From an uncultured Dialister sp. (GTDB taxonomy: Bacteria > Bacillota > Negativicutes > Veillonellales > Dialisteraceae): a DNA stretch of 64,000 nt. The DNA is taken from NCBI GenBank assembly GCA_964587685.1, contig CAZPLS010000001.1:14134-78133 (forward strand). Reading direction: 5' to 3'. The notes beneath the pieces are model-generated. The model was not told where the DNA came from, searched no databases, and saw nothing but the letters and a program-made list of their open reading frames with translations. Of this stretch, positions 1-7,568 are shown piece by piece. Every line of letters starts with the position of its first letter. Position 1 is the first letter of the stretch. A program made the position numbers and the translations under genes.

Positions 1-8
1 GACGGAAA

Positions 9-137
9 TTAAGATTTTGTTTGTCTGCCAGCAATTTGATAGCCTCGTTGATCATGATATTCATCCTTTCTGTACTTTTTTCGGTTATATCCAAAATTCA
101 CAAGAAGGATGACTGGCCATCGCCGCATCGTATCCAT
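9..137 (-). CDS. hypothetical 42-aa ORF immediately downstream of T-box copy 1 (possibly a gene remnant)
   Basis: ATG at 135-137 (minus) lies 6 nt after AAAGGAGA, just past the T-box terminator. Peptide is MDTMRRWPVILLVNFGYNRKKYRKDEYHDQRGYQIAGRQTKS with no recognisable family. The longer 9..218 ORF in the track would start inside the terminator. Confidence 0.25.
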   Translation of the reverse strand: MDTMRRWPVILLVNFGYNRKKYRKDEYHDQRGYQIAGRQTKS

Positions 138-161
138 CGGTTTCTCCTTTCCGGGGAGGAA

Positions 162-496
162 ATAAAAAATCCGCCCCTGACTCATTGTCAAGGACGGATA
201 CAAATTCCGCGGTGCCACCTTGCTTCAGGACATGACTCCTGCTCTTTGTCGGGATACCAACATATCCCCGGCTACTGACGTAAGCCTCACGTCGCAGTAT
301 ACTCGTTGCCTTTCCCCTGCGCCCTCAGCGGTCCATTTGACGGGCTGCGTTCTGCTGGATTCTCATCATCCCAGCTCTCTGTAAGTGCACGATCCGTTTT
401 GATCTCCGCTTCAACGGTTTTTCCTCCTGGTTATCCGGAAGGAATAATTTTATATGAAGTTACCATCATGTTACAGAATAATCTTTCCTTTGTCAA
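162..496 (-). promoter_or_regulatory. T-box riboswitch leader, copy 1 (probable Trp specifier UGG), with its own promoter and terminator
   Basis: On the minus strand: TTGACA (491-496), 17 nt, TAACAT (468-473). AGAGAG box at 375-380. UGG inside GUCAAAUGGACC at 333-335. T-box sequence AAGGUGGCACCGCGG at 207-223. Terminator hairpin CCGTCCTTGAC/GTCAGGGGCGG at 171-197 followed by a U-tract at 162-170. Confidence 0.75.
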
Positions 497-505
497 GCCG
501 TTCAA
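206..505. repeat. 300-bp perfect direct repeat, copy A (identical to 2836-3135)
   Basis: Base-by-base comparison of the printed sequence shows no mismatch. The six-frame peptides from the two copies are also identical. Confidence 0.95.
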
Positions 506-535
506 AACAACGAATATAAATATGCCTCAACTGCT

Positions 536-1117
536 TTATATCGCTCCGGTTTCCTTTATAAAGTTTCTGAGCATCGTTTTCCCATCCGGTGTCATAATGG
601 ATTCCGGATGAAATTGTACCCCGTAAATCGGATACGCCCTGTGCTGTACTGCCATGACCTCGCCGTCACTGGTCTCCGCCGTTATTTTCAATTCTTCCGG
701 CAGCGTATTCGCATCGGCCGCCAGCGAATGGTACCGTGCTACCCGCACCGTCTCAGGGCAACCCCTGAACAGCGGACATGCCGTATCCAGCCTGACCTCT
801 GACTGCTTTCCATGCATCAGCTTTCTGGCGTAAGTCACGACAGCGCCAAAAACCGCACAAATGGCCTGATGGCCAAGACACACACCCAGGACGGGAATCT
901 CTTTTCCCAGTGTCCCTGCCACTTCCATAATGATCCCCGCTGTCTCCGGCCTTCCCGGGCCCGGAGACAGAATGATATGGTCCGGATGCCGCTTTCTGAT
1001 TTCTTCCACAGTCATTTCATCATTTCGAATAACCGTGATATCCGGCTCCAGCTCCCCAATGAGCTGGTACAAATTATAGGAAAAGCTGTCGTAGTTATCA
1101 ATCAGAAGAATCATCAT
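536..1117 (-). CDS. trpG: anthranilate synthase component II / glutamine amidotransferase (TrpG/PabA type)
   Basis: 193 aa with class-I GATase motifs (GVCLGHQ, FHPES). ATGA overlap with trpE. Sits in a unit headed by a Trp-type T-box. Confidence 0.85.
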   Translation of the reverse strand: MMILLIDNYDSFSYNLYQLIGELEPDITVIRNDEMTVEEIRKRHPDHIILSPGPGRPETAGIIMEVAGTLGKEIPVLGVCLGHQAICAVFGAVVTYARKLMHGKQSEVRLDTACPLFRGCPETVRVARYHSLAADANTLPEELKITAETSDGEVMAVQHRAYPIYGVQFHPESIMTPDGKTMLRNFIKETGAI

Positions 1118-2589
1118 TCCACCTCCTGCGCCATTTTCAGCGCCGCAAGCGAGGCCCTCGCTTTATTCAGACATTCCTCGAATTCCTTTTCCGGAACAGA
1201 ATCGGCCACAATGCCGGCACCGCTCCGCACAAACACCCTGCCGTTTTTCTTATAGGCAATACGGATGGCAATGCATGTATCCATATTGCCGGTGAAGTCA
1301 ATATACCCAATCGCGCCGCCATAAATACCGCGCTTATTGTTTTCCAACTCACCGATAAGCTGACAGGCCCTGATTTTCGGCGCGCCTGAAAGGGTTCCCG
1401 CGGGAAGCACCGCTTCAATGGCGTCCAGCGCGTCCTTATCATCCCGCAGCACCCCGCGTACGACGGAACCAATATGCATCACATGGGAAAACCGCTCGAT
1501 GGAATGAAGAACCTCCACCTGGACCGTGCCGAACCGGCAGATCTTTCCCAAATCATTCCGGCCCAAATCGACCAGCATATTGTGCTCCGCCAGCTCCTTT
1601 TCATCCGAAAGCAGTTCTGCTTCCAGTGCCTGATCCTCCCCGGCCGTTTTCCCCCGCGGTCTTGTCCCTGCCAGAGGAAAGGTGCGAACCACGCCGTTTT
1701 CCAGCTTGACCAGCGTCTCCGGTGAGGCGCCCGCCACCTCCACATCCGTTCCCGAAAAATAAAACATGTAGGGGGATGGATTGATGGTGCGGAGAACTCG
1801 ATAGGTATTTAACAGACTCCCCTCAAAGGGCGCGCTCAGACGATTGGACAGAACCATCTGAAACACATCGCCTTCCCGGATATGGCGTTTAGCCGCCTCC
1901 ACCATGGCACAGAACCGCTCCCTGTCAAACAGCGCTGTCACCTCTCCTGTGAGTTTTCCGCCCGGTTCCTCGTTCTTTTCCCCACGATGAAGCAATTCAA
2001 TCATCCTTCTCAGCTCTCCAACGGCCTTATGGTAATTCATTTCCGGATTATCTGTGCACATATTCACGATAAGAATCATTTTTTGCCGCATATTGTCAAA
2101 AGCAATGACTTTATCAAACAGCATCAGATCCGCATCCTTGAAATGTTCCGTATCTTCAGCCCCGGTTCGCGCACTCGGCTCGCTGTAGCCGAGATAGTCA
2201 TAAGAAAAGTAACCAACCAGACCGCCTGTAAAAGGCGGCAGATAGTCCAACCGGGGGCTTTTATACCGGGAAAGAATCCCGCGCAAAAAATCCGATGGAT
2301 GTCCCCCGTCAGCTGCCAGTTCTCCATCAACAAAAATGCGGGGACCGCCGTCTTCCACACAGGTAATCTCCATTTTCGGATCAAAGCCAAGAAAGGTATA
2401 TCGTCCCCAGGTTTCATCCGCCTGTGCAGATTCCAGCATATAACAGTGAGCAGACAGATTCTTAAGAATTTTCATGGTTTCTATGGGTGTCGTAAAATCC
2501 GATAAGATTTCACAGCTCACCGGGATCACCGTGTATTTTCCCATGGAAGCGATGGAACTGACCTCCGACAGTGTTGGCCGAATATTCAT
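1114..2589 (-). CDS. trpE: anthranilate synthase component I
   Basis: 491 aa chorismate-binding enzyme. LESA...GRYTF N-terminal feedback-type motif and GGAIGY C-terminal motif. GGGGAGG RBS. The T-box leader is upstream. Confidence 0.85.
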   Translation of the reverse strand: MNIRPTLSEVSSIASMGKYTVIPVSCEILSDFTTPIETMKILKNLSAHCYMLESAQADETWGRYTFLGFDPKMEITCVEDGGPRIFVDGELAADGGHPSDFLRGILSRYKSPRLDYLPPFTGGLVGYFSYDYLGYSEPSARTGAEDTEHFKDADLMLFDKVIAFDNMRQKMILIVNMCTDNPEMNYHKAVGELRRMIELLHRGEKNEEPGGKLTGEVTALFDRERFCAMVEAAKRHIREGDVFQMVLSNRLSAPFEGSLLNTYRVLRTINPSPYMFYFSGTDVEVAGASPETLVKLENGVVRTFPLAGTRPRGKTAGEDQALEAELLSDEKELAEHNMLVDLGRNDLGKICRFGTVQVEVLHSIERFSHVMHIGSVVRGVLRDDKDALDAIEAVLPAGTLSGAPKIRACQLIGELENNKRGIYGGAIGYIDFTGNMDTCIAIRIAYKKNGRVFVRSGAGIVADSVPEKEFEECLNKARASLAALKMAQEVE

Positions 2590-2761
2590 TGGTATACCTC
2601 CCCATTGATTTGCTGCACCTATTCATGTCATTGTCCGGATGCTGTGCATCCAAAAGGATATTTTGTCAGCGCCCAAAGCGCCGCCATCGCATCATATACC
2701 GCATAAGGCCTCCCCAATACGAATATGTTTCTTTTCTGCCATGTCAGGCAAAGAAATCTCC

Positions 2762-3126
2762 AAAAAGAAAACGCCCCTGACAGACCAATTCTGTCAAGGA
2801 CGAATAGGGAACATTGCTTTGCAATCCCGGATGTATCCGCGGTGCCACCTTGCTTCAGGACATGACTCCTGCTCTTTGTCGGGATACCAACATATCCCCG
2901 GCTACTGACGTAAGCCTCACGTCGCAGTATACTCGTTGCCTTTCCCCTGCGCCCTCAGCGGTCCATTTGACGGGCTGCGTTCTGCTGGATTCTCATCATC
3001 CCAGCTCTCTGTAAGTGCACGATCCGTTTTGATCTCCGCTTCAACGGTTTTTCCTCCTGGTTATCCGGAAGGAATAATTTTATATGAAGTTACCATCATG
3101 TTACAGAATAATCTTTCCTTTGTCAA
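2762..3126 (-). promoter_or_regulatory. T-box riboswitch leader, copy 2 (probable Trp specifier), upstream of trpE
   Basis: Promoter (-35 at 3121-3126, -10 at 3098-3103), Stem I and T-box sequence (2837-2853) are the same as copy 1. The terminator differs: CGTCCTTGACAG/TCTGTCAGGGGCG at 2772-2802 plus a U-tract at 2762-2771. An extra small hairpin sits in the antiterminator region. Confidence 0.8.
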
Positions 3127-3135
3127 GCCGTTCAA
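2836..3135. repeat. 300-bp perfect direct repeat, copy B (identical to 206-505)
   Basis: Offset is exactly 2630 bp from copy A. Identity starts inside the T-box sequence and ends 9 bp beyond the -35 hexamer. Confidence 0.95.
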
Positions 3136-3198
3136 GGGGCTTGTAAAAACCTCTGAACGCCATGGCAACGCCATATTATCTCTTTATAAGACATGCCT

Positions 3199-3705
3199 TC
3201 ATCCGGATAAGTGCGCCGGGAAGGGATACCGCAAAAGGAACTGCCGTGCGCACACCCCTGTGAATGCGCCCGCAATGGCTCCGCTTGCGGCCAGCACAGG
3301 GAAATAGGCCAGCACGGAAGGGGTTCCAAGAACAGCCACCGCCACAGCCAGCTGTCCTGCATTATGAAGCACCGCGCCGCATACGCTGCAAAGGCAAATC
3401 CGACGCACCGGTAGCACCCGCTTCAACAGGAGCATGCCGATGAGACAGCTCACCCCTCCAGCCAGGCTGTAAAGAAGCGCTGCGGCCTGTCCGGCAAATA
3501 ACGCCGCCAGAAGAATACGCGCCAGTAGAACCAGCGCCGCCTCTCCCGGTCGGAATCGGCAGACCATCAGCACGGTGATGACATTCGCCAATCCGATTTT
3601 TACACCGGGTATTGGAATCGGCGGCGGGATCTGCATTTCTATGACAAACAAAATGAGAGAAAGCCCGGTAAGAATTGCCAGAACGTTCAATCGGCGTACA
3701 GACAT
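3199..3705 (-). CDS. Gx transporter family membrane protein (family historically mislabelled heptaprenyl diphosphate synthase component I)
   Basis: 168 aa, about 5 TM helices. Hallmark IPPPIPIPGVKIGLANVITV and CGAVLHNAGQL motifs. Last gene of the ApbE operon. Confidence 0.8.
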   Translation of the reverse strand: MSVRRLNVLAILTGLSLILFVIEMQIPPPIPIPGVKIGLANVITVLMVCRFRPGEAALVLLARILLAALFAGQAAALLYSLAGGVSCLIGMLLLKRVLPVRRICLCSVCGAVLHNAGQLAVAVAVLGTPSVLAYFPVLAASGAIAGAFTGVCARQFLLRYPFPAHLSG

Positions 3706-3727
3706 AGCCTCTCCCTTCTTTCTCCAT

Positions 3728-4060
3728 TCAATCCGCCCACTGGATCACCAGCCGGTGCGGCAGGCACACGATAGGCAGTCCGCCTTCAATGAGCTTTCCC
3801 GACTTCACGCAAATCTGATCCGGACAATCGGCGGACTGCATACGAATTTCCTTCGGCGCAATATAAATGGTATTGCGCCCGCTGTCACAAGTCAGGGTCA
3901 ATTCCTCCGGCTCCATTACTTCTGAAAGGTTCACCGTGCGGACAACTTTTCCATTCTGCAGAATCTCCGCCCGCTGCTTTTCTGGCGTTGACCCGCAGGC
4001 GGCAGCCATAGAAGAAAGTCCAAGAACCAGCGCTGCTGCTCCCAGCCGTCCGACCATCAT
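3728..4060 (-). CDS. NusG domain II-containing lipoprotein (DUF1312-like)
   Basis: 110 aa. Lipobox MAAAC-G. C-terminal CPDQICV...GLPIVCLPHRLVI motif typical of the family. ATGA overlap with the apbE stop. Confidence 0.75.
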   Translation of the reverse strand: MMVGRLGAAALVLGLSSMAAACGSTPEKQRAEILQNGKVVRTVNLSEVMEPEELTLTCDSGRNTIYIAPKEIRMQSADCPDQICVKSGKLIEGGLPIVCLPHRLVIQWAD

Positions 4061-5076
4061 TTCCGAAGCACCTCCACCGTACTGCCTGTATACTCCGGCA
4101 AAACAGAGAAGGCCTTTTCCAATCCTTCGGTAACCGTAATGCGCCGGCCCTCTTCAATCAGAATCATTTCAAAATCGTCGCGGCTGCGCCAAAAGGCACT
4201 GGCCCTGTCCCTGCCCATCACAAAGAGCGCGGTGGAAAGAGCATCGCACAAAAGCCCGTCCGATCCGATGACGGTGACAGAAAGGAGGCCGTTCTCCGCG
4301 GGATAGCCCGTGGCGGGATCTATGATATGATGCCAGCGCTTCCCCTCCGCATCGACGAAGTACCGTTCATAACTTCCCGATGTGACCACTGCCGCATCTC
4401 TCACAGAGATCATGCCCGCATAGCCTTCCCCATCAGGGGCGCGCAGCCCCACCCGCCAGGGCGTGCCGTCGGGCCGACTCCCCACCGCCTCCACATTGCC
4501 GCCAAGACTGATAATGGCAGAGCGCACGTTATGCCTGCGAAGAATACGGCCCGCCTCGCGGCCGGCATATCCCTTGCCGAGCGCACCAAAATCGATTTCC
4601 ATGCCCGGCGCAAGGACGAGCTTGTTCTTTTCCAGATGCACCCGCTGCCAGCCCGTGCGGCTTACCACCTCCCGGAGCTCACCGCTTCCGGGCACCCGGC
4701 GCTGTTCCTTCGTAAAGCCCCAGGCCTCCACGACGGGATAAATGGTGGGATCCAGTGCGCCTCCCGTTTGCTCCGCCAACGCAAGGGCCTCACGCATCAC
4801 CGCCTCCGCATCGCTGCCCAGCGTTACGGCCTCATCGGTGCGATGATTCACGCGCCACACATCGCTCCCCTCTCTGGTGACAGAAAGGGCGTCCTCTATG
4901 GCGCGTATGCCCTCCTCCGCCGCTTTCATCCCCTCCTCGGCGTACGGACCATAGGCAGTCATGGTCATGTACGTATTCATGGCGAAGAAATTTCGGGTGT
5001 ACTTCTTCGAGCCCTCCGCGCCGCAACCCGCCAACAGCAGGCAAACCGCAAGAAACAGCCCTAAAATCCGCTTCAT
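4057..5076 (-). CDS. apbE: FAD:protein FMN transferase (ApbE family) lipoprotein
   Basis: Start trimmed to MKRILGLFLAVCLLLAGCG (lipobox LAGC). ApbE-like body (FAMNTYMTMTAY, DPTIYP, GALGKGYA, SGSYERY). 1-nt TAATG overlap with the upstream flavodoxin gene. Confidence 0.9.
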   Translation of the reverse strand: MKRILGLFLAVCLLLAGCGAEGSKKYTRNFFAMNTYMTMTAYGPYAEEGMKAAEEGIRAIEDALSVTREGSDVWRVNHRTDEAVTLGSDAEAVMREALALAEQTGGALDPTIYPVVEAWGFTKEQRRVPGSGELREVVSRTGWQRVHLEKNKLVLAPGMEIDFGALGKGYAGREAGRILRRHNVRSAIISLGGNVEAVGSRPDGTPWRVGLRAPDGEGYAGMISVRDAAVVTSGSYERYFVDAEGKRWHHIIDPATGYPAENGLLSVTVIGSDGLLCDALSTALFVMGRDRASAFWRSRDDFEMILIEEGRRITVTEGLEKAFSVLPEYTGSTVEVLRK

Positions 5077-5798
5077 TACCAGCCCGCTTCGGCCAGCCAT
5101 GCATCAATGCGCGGCTTCGCGCTGTCTACATCCGGACGGTATACGCCCACAGGTCGCCCGACCACCGCCGAATCCGGCAGCGCTCCCCGCAGAGCTTCCA
5201 CGCTGTCTGCCAGCCCGCCGGTACCATGAGCGCAGAAGGGAATCACCGTTTTACCGGAAAAATCATAGCTTTCGAGGAATGTCAGAACCGGCATGGGAAG
5301 GGTGTACCACCAGTTCGGATAACCGAGGAACACCACGTCATAGGCATCCATATCAGGAACCTGCGCTGCCAGCTCCGGCCGGGCATTTCTCTGCTTCTCC
5401 ACCGCAGCCCGATCCAGACATTCATCATAATCGCTCGAATAGGGCTCCTTCACGCGAATGGAAAACAAGTCGCCTCCCGTCCGCTCCTGTATCCACCCGG
5501 CCAGCCTGGCCGTATTTCCCGGCGGAAGAACACTTGCTGAGGTGGACGCATCGGGATCTATAGCCGATGGGTTGGCCACATGCGTATTGTCCGCCCAGGT
5601 GAAATAGGCAATGAGAACCTTCCTGTCCGATTCACCCGGCGTCCGGCTCTCCACCGCGGGCGTTTCCCTCACCTCAGGAACCGCCGCCTGCGCCGTCTGC
5701 ACAGGGCCGACCGGGGCCGATGCAGACGGCTGCCCGCCGCATCCGGTCAGTACGGCCAGAACCCACGCTGACAAGGCCAGCGAAAACCACGATTTCAT
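5076..5798 (-). CDS. exported flavodoxin-like lipoprotein (Flavodoxin_4-type), paralogue 1
   Basis: Lipobox LTGC-G. Low-complexity linker, then VLIAYFTW...PPGNTARLA...TGGDLFSI...VVFLGYPNWWYTLPMPV...IPFCAHGTGG flavodoxin-fold motifs. Confidence 0.8.
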   Translation of the reverse strand: MKSWFSLALSAWVLAVLTGCGGQPSASAPVGPVQTAQAAVPEVRETPAVESRTPGESDRKVLIAYFTWADNTHVANPSAIDPDASTSASVLPPGNTARLAGWIQERTGGDLFSIRVKEPYSSDYDECLDRAAVEKQRNARPELAAQVPDMDAYDVVFLGYPNWWYTLPMPVLTFLESYDFSGKTVIPFCAHGTGGLADSVEALRGALPDSAVVGRPVGVYRPDVDSAKPRIDAWLAEAGW

Positions 5799-5905
5799 AG
5801 TGCTGCTCCTTTCTGTGCATCAGCCCGTTGTATATACGGTATGCACCCAATCCTTTACCGCCTGCTCCGAAGCGGTGACTTCCGCTGCTTTCAGATACTA
5901 TCCAT

Positions 5906-6574
5906 TCATGCCCGATGCTTCCGGCTCTGCCGCTGACGCGCCAGTGCCATAGCCTTCCAGCCCAACCAGATTCCAAGAACCATAATGGCCACGTGATCCA
6001 AATAAAATAAAAGTTTCGGTTCCTCGTAATCAAAGAACACAAACTCCATCCGCAGAAACAGGTAGTCTATCCAGTCCCTGCTCCAGAAAGCCCATACGCC
6101 GTACAGCGCAAAGCACGCCGCAGCGGCGGACAGGAGCCGTTTCAGCCCCGGCCCCGCCTTCCGCGTCATGGATGCAAACATATCTCCGTGCAGGCCTATG
6201 TGAAAGCTCATAATGAGAAATCCCCAATAGGCTGCGGTCATATGCATTTCTCTGCCAAGAGTCATGCTTCCAAGGCGCGGCAGAAACTCCACCGCAGGTC
6301 TTGCAAGAATGAGAGCGCTCCATAGAAGGGCCAGGATTACCAGGGCCAGGCAGAAATTGGCCCCGGCCTGAAGACGGCGAACCGCATTCCATCGCCCTCT
6401 CCGCAGAGAAGGCGCCCAATTCCGATTCAACCAGTGGTGGAAAAACAGGAGCACAAAGAAGCAGGTCCCTCCCACCATGTGTGCTGTCGTCCCAAAGAAA
6501 GGAAATCCCATGAGAAAGAACAGGCACACAGTCATAGCCGCATCCGTAATCCGCCGTATCTGCGCGCTCTTCAT
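5906..6574 (-). CDS. DUF4405-like polytopic membrane protein (cytochrome-b-like, His-rich TM helices)
   Basis: 222 aa, about 5-6 TM segments with intramembrane His residues (AHMVGG, FHHW, HMTAAYW, FHIGLH). Starts 3 nt after the upstream flavodoxin stop. Confidence 0.7.
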   Translation of the reverse strand: MKSAQIRRITDAAMTVCLFFLMGFPFFGTTAHMVGGTCFFVLLFFHHWLNRNWAPSLRRGRWNAVRRLQAGANFCLALVILALLWSALILARPAVEFLPRLGSMTLGREMHMTAAYWGFLIMSFHIGLHGDMFASMTRKAGPGLKRLLSAAAACFALYGVWAFWSRDWIDYLFLRMEFVFFDYEEPKLLFYLDHVAIMVLGIWLGWKAMALARQRQSRKHRA

Positions 6575-6577
6575 GGG

Positions 6578-7279
6578 TTATCCCACCAGATTCAGGGAAT
6601 TCACCCAATTGGCTACCGAATTCTCCGCACCTGCCGAAGAGGAATCCCGCACATGGAAGCCCTCTCTCACCGTGGCCCCCGGTTCCGCATTTCGAATGGT
6701 GTTCACCGTATCAGAAAGGGCGCTGCCGCCGGATGTGCAGAAGGGAACAATAATTTTGCCGGACAAATCATATTCATCAAGGAAGGTATAGAGCGCCATT
6801 GGCAAATCTCCCCACCAATTGGGATAGCCCAGGAAAATTACATCATAATCAGCCATATTCTCCACATGTGTGGCCAGCGCGGGCCGATCTCCCCGCTGCT
6901 GCTCTTCCCTCCCCTGATCCACAGTCGCGCGATACGTGGGCGGATAGGGATTCACTGTGCGAATGGAAAACAAATCGCCGCCGGTCAATTTCTGAATATT
7001 CCGTGCCACCAGCCCGGTATTGCCCGTCATTCCTTCCGCCGTGGGCTGTATGCTCGCGGACGTGGAGGCATCCGCCCCTGCAGGAATCTCCGCATTTTCT
7101 CCATAGGCAAAGTACGCAATAAGAATTTTGTGTTCTCCCTGCGGTGTCTGTGCTTCCTGCTGCACTGCCGGAGCCGGTGCCGGCGAAGAGGAAGCCGCAC
7201 TTCCCGTGCTGCCCGATGCGCAGGCCGTAAGGGCCAGCGTAAGCGCCGCTGCCGCCGCCAATGCACTGTATTTTTTCAT
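6578..7279 (-). CDS. exported flavodoxin-like lipoprotein (Flavodoxin_4-type), paralogue 2
   Basis: Start trimmed to MKKYSALAAAAALTLALTACA (lipobox LTAC) behind AAAGAAAGGGGA. Motifs ILIAYFAY...TGNTGLVA...TGGDLFSI...VIFLGYPNWWGDLPMAL...VPFCTSGGS. Confidence 0.8.
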   Translation of the reverse strand: MKKYSALAAAAALTLALTACASGSTGSAASSSPAPAPAVQQEAQTPQGEHKILIAYFAYGENAEIPAGADASTSASIQPTAEGMTGNTGLVARNIQKLTGGDLFSIRTVNPYPPTYRATVDQGREEQQRGDRPALATHVENMADYDVIFLGYPNWWGDLPMALYTFLDEYDLSGKIIVPFCTSGGSALSDTVNTIRNAEPGATVREGFHVRDSSSAGAENSVANWVNSLNLVG

Positions 7280-7539
7280 ATCGATTCCCCTTTCTTTAAC
7301 AAAATGATTATGTATTTGCCTGATTGTAGTATAAAATAGGGAGAATCTATATCTCAAATGTTTAGTTTGTATAGTGGATTATGCCCTGAATGCATTCATT
7401 TATCCCCTTTACCCCTTCTCTGCCGCGGGCTGATTATGCCTTTTCTCTATTCCATTTCTGCGGTTTGTCATTTCCCTGCCATTTTATTTTAATATATTTC
7501 TTCTTTATTGGAAAATATTTGTTTCTATATGAAAATTTA

Positions 7540-7568
7540 TTGACATATTTCTGTATGAATACTAATAT
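7540..7568 (+). promoter_or_regulatory. putative sigma-A promoter of the cbiK-like gene
   Basis: TTGACA (7540-7545), 17 nt, TAATAT (7563-7568). Bracketed by the inverted repeat TTTCTATAT (7522-7530) / ATATAGAAA (7565-7573). Confidence 0.45.

Noticed and set aside
9-218. Full 69-aa ORF from the track as a real gene
   Set aside because: Its first 27 codons would be translated from the T-box terminator hairpin and U-tract. The internal ATG at 137 has the RBS, and even that shorter ORF is given low confidence.
206-505. The 300-bp perfect repeats considered as IS remnants, MITEs or an assembly duplication
   Set aside because: Each copy contains an ordered promoter, Stem I and T-box sequence in the correct orientation ahead of genes. 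There are no terminal inverted repeats, target-site duplications or transposase. They are regulatory leaders. An assembly artefact cannot be excluded from sequence alone and is listed as a refutation test.
2666-2742. Mini-ORFs in the 170-nt spacer between the T-box terminator and trpE, considered as Trp leader peptides: MRYMMRWRRFGR at 2666-2704 and MAEKKHIRIGEALCGI starting at 2742
   Set aside because: There is only a single Trp codon, the RBS spacing is poor (4 nt or more than 15 nt), and no attenuator hairpins are coupled to them. The T-box already explains Trp control.
6578-7357. Extended 5' ends offered by the ORF track for many genes: 6578-7357, 7605-8654, 9767-10660, 4057-5100, 23519-25498, 29264-30478, 30471-31418, 33100-33858, 35007-36143, 50493-51398, 51664-52878, 54486-55148, 60432-61520 and 62495-63022
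   Set aside because: In each case an internal ATG is preceded by a Shine-Dalgarno sequence. That ATG also coincides with the family-typical N-terminus or signal peptide, and/or gives ATGA-type coupling to the upstream gene. The upstream extensions overlap neighbouring genes or regulatory hairpins. Some track starts are TTG or GTG.
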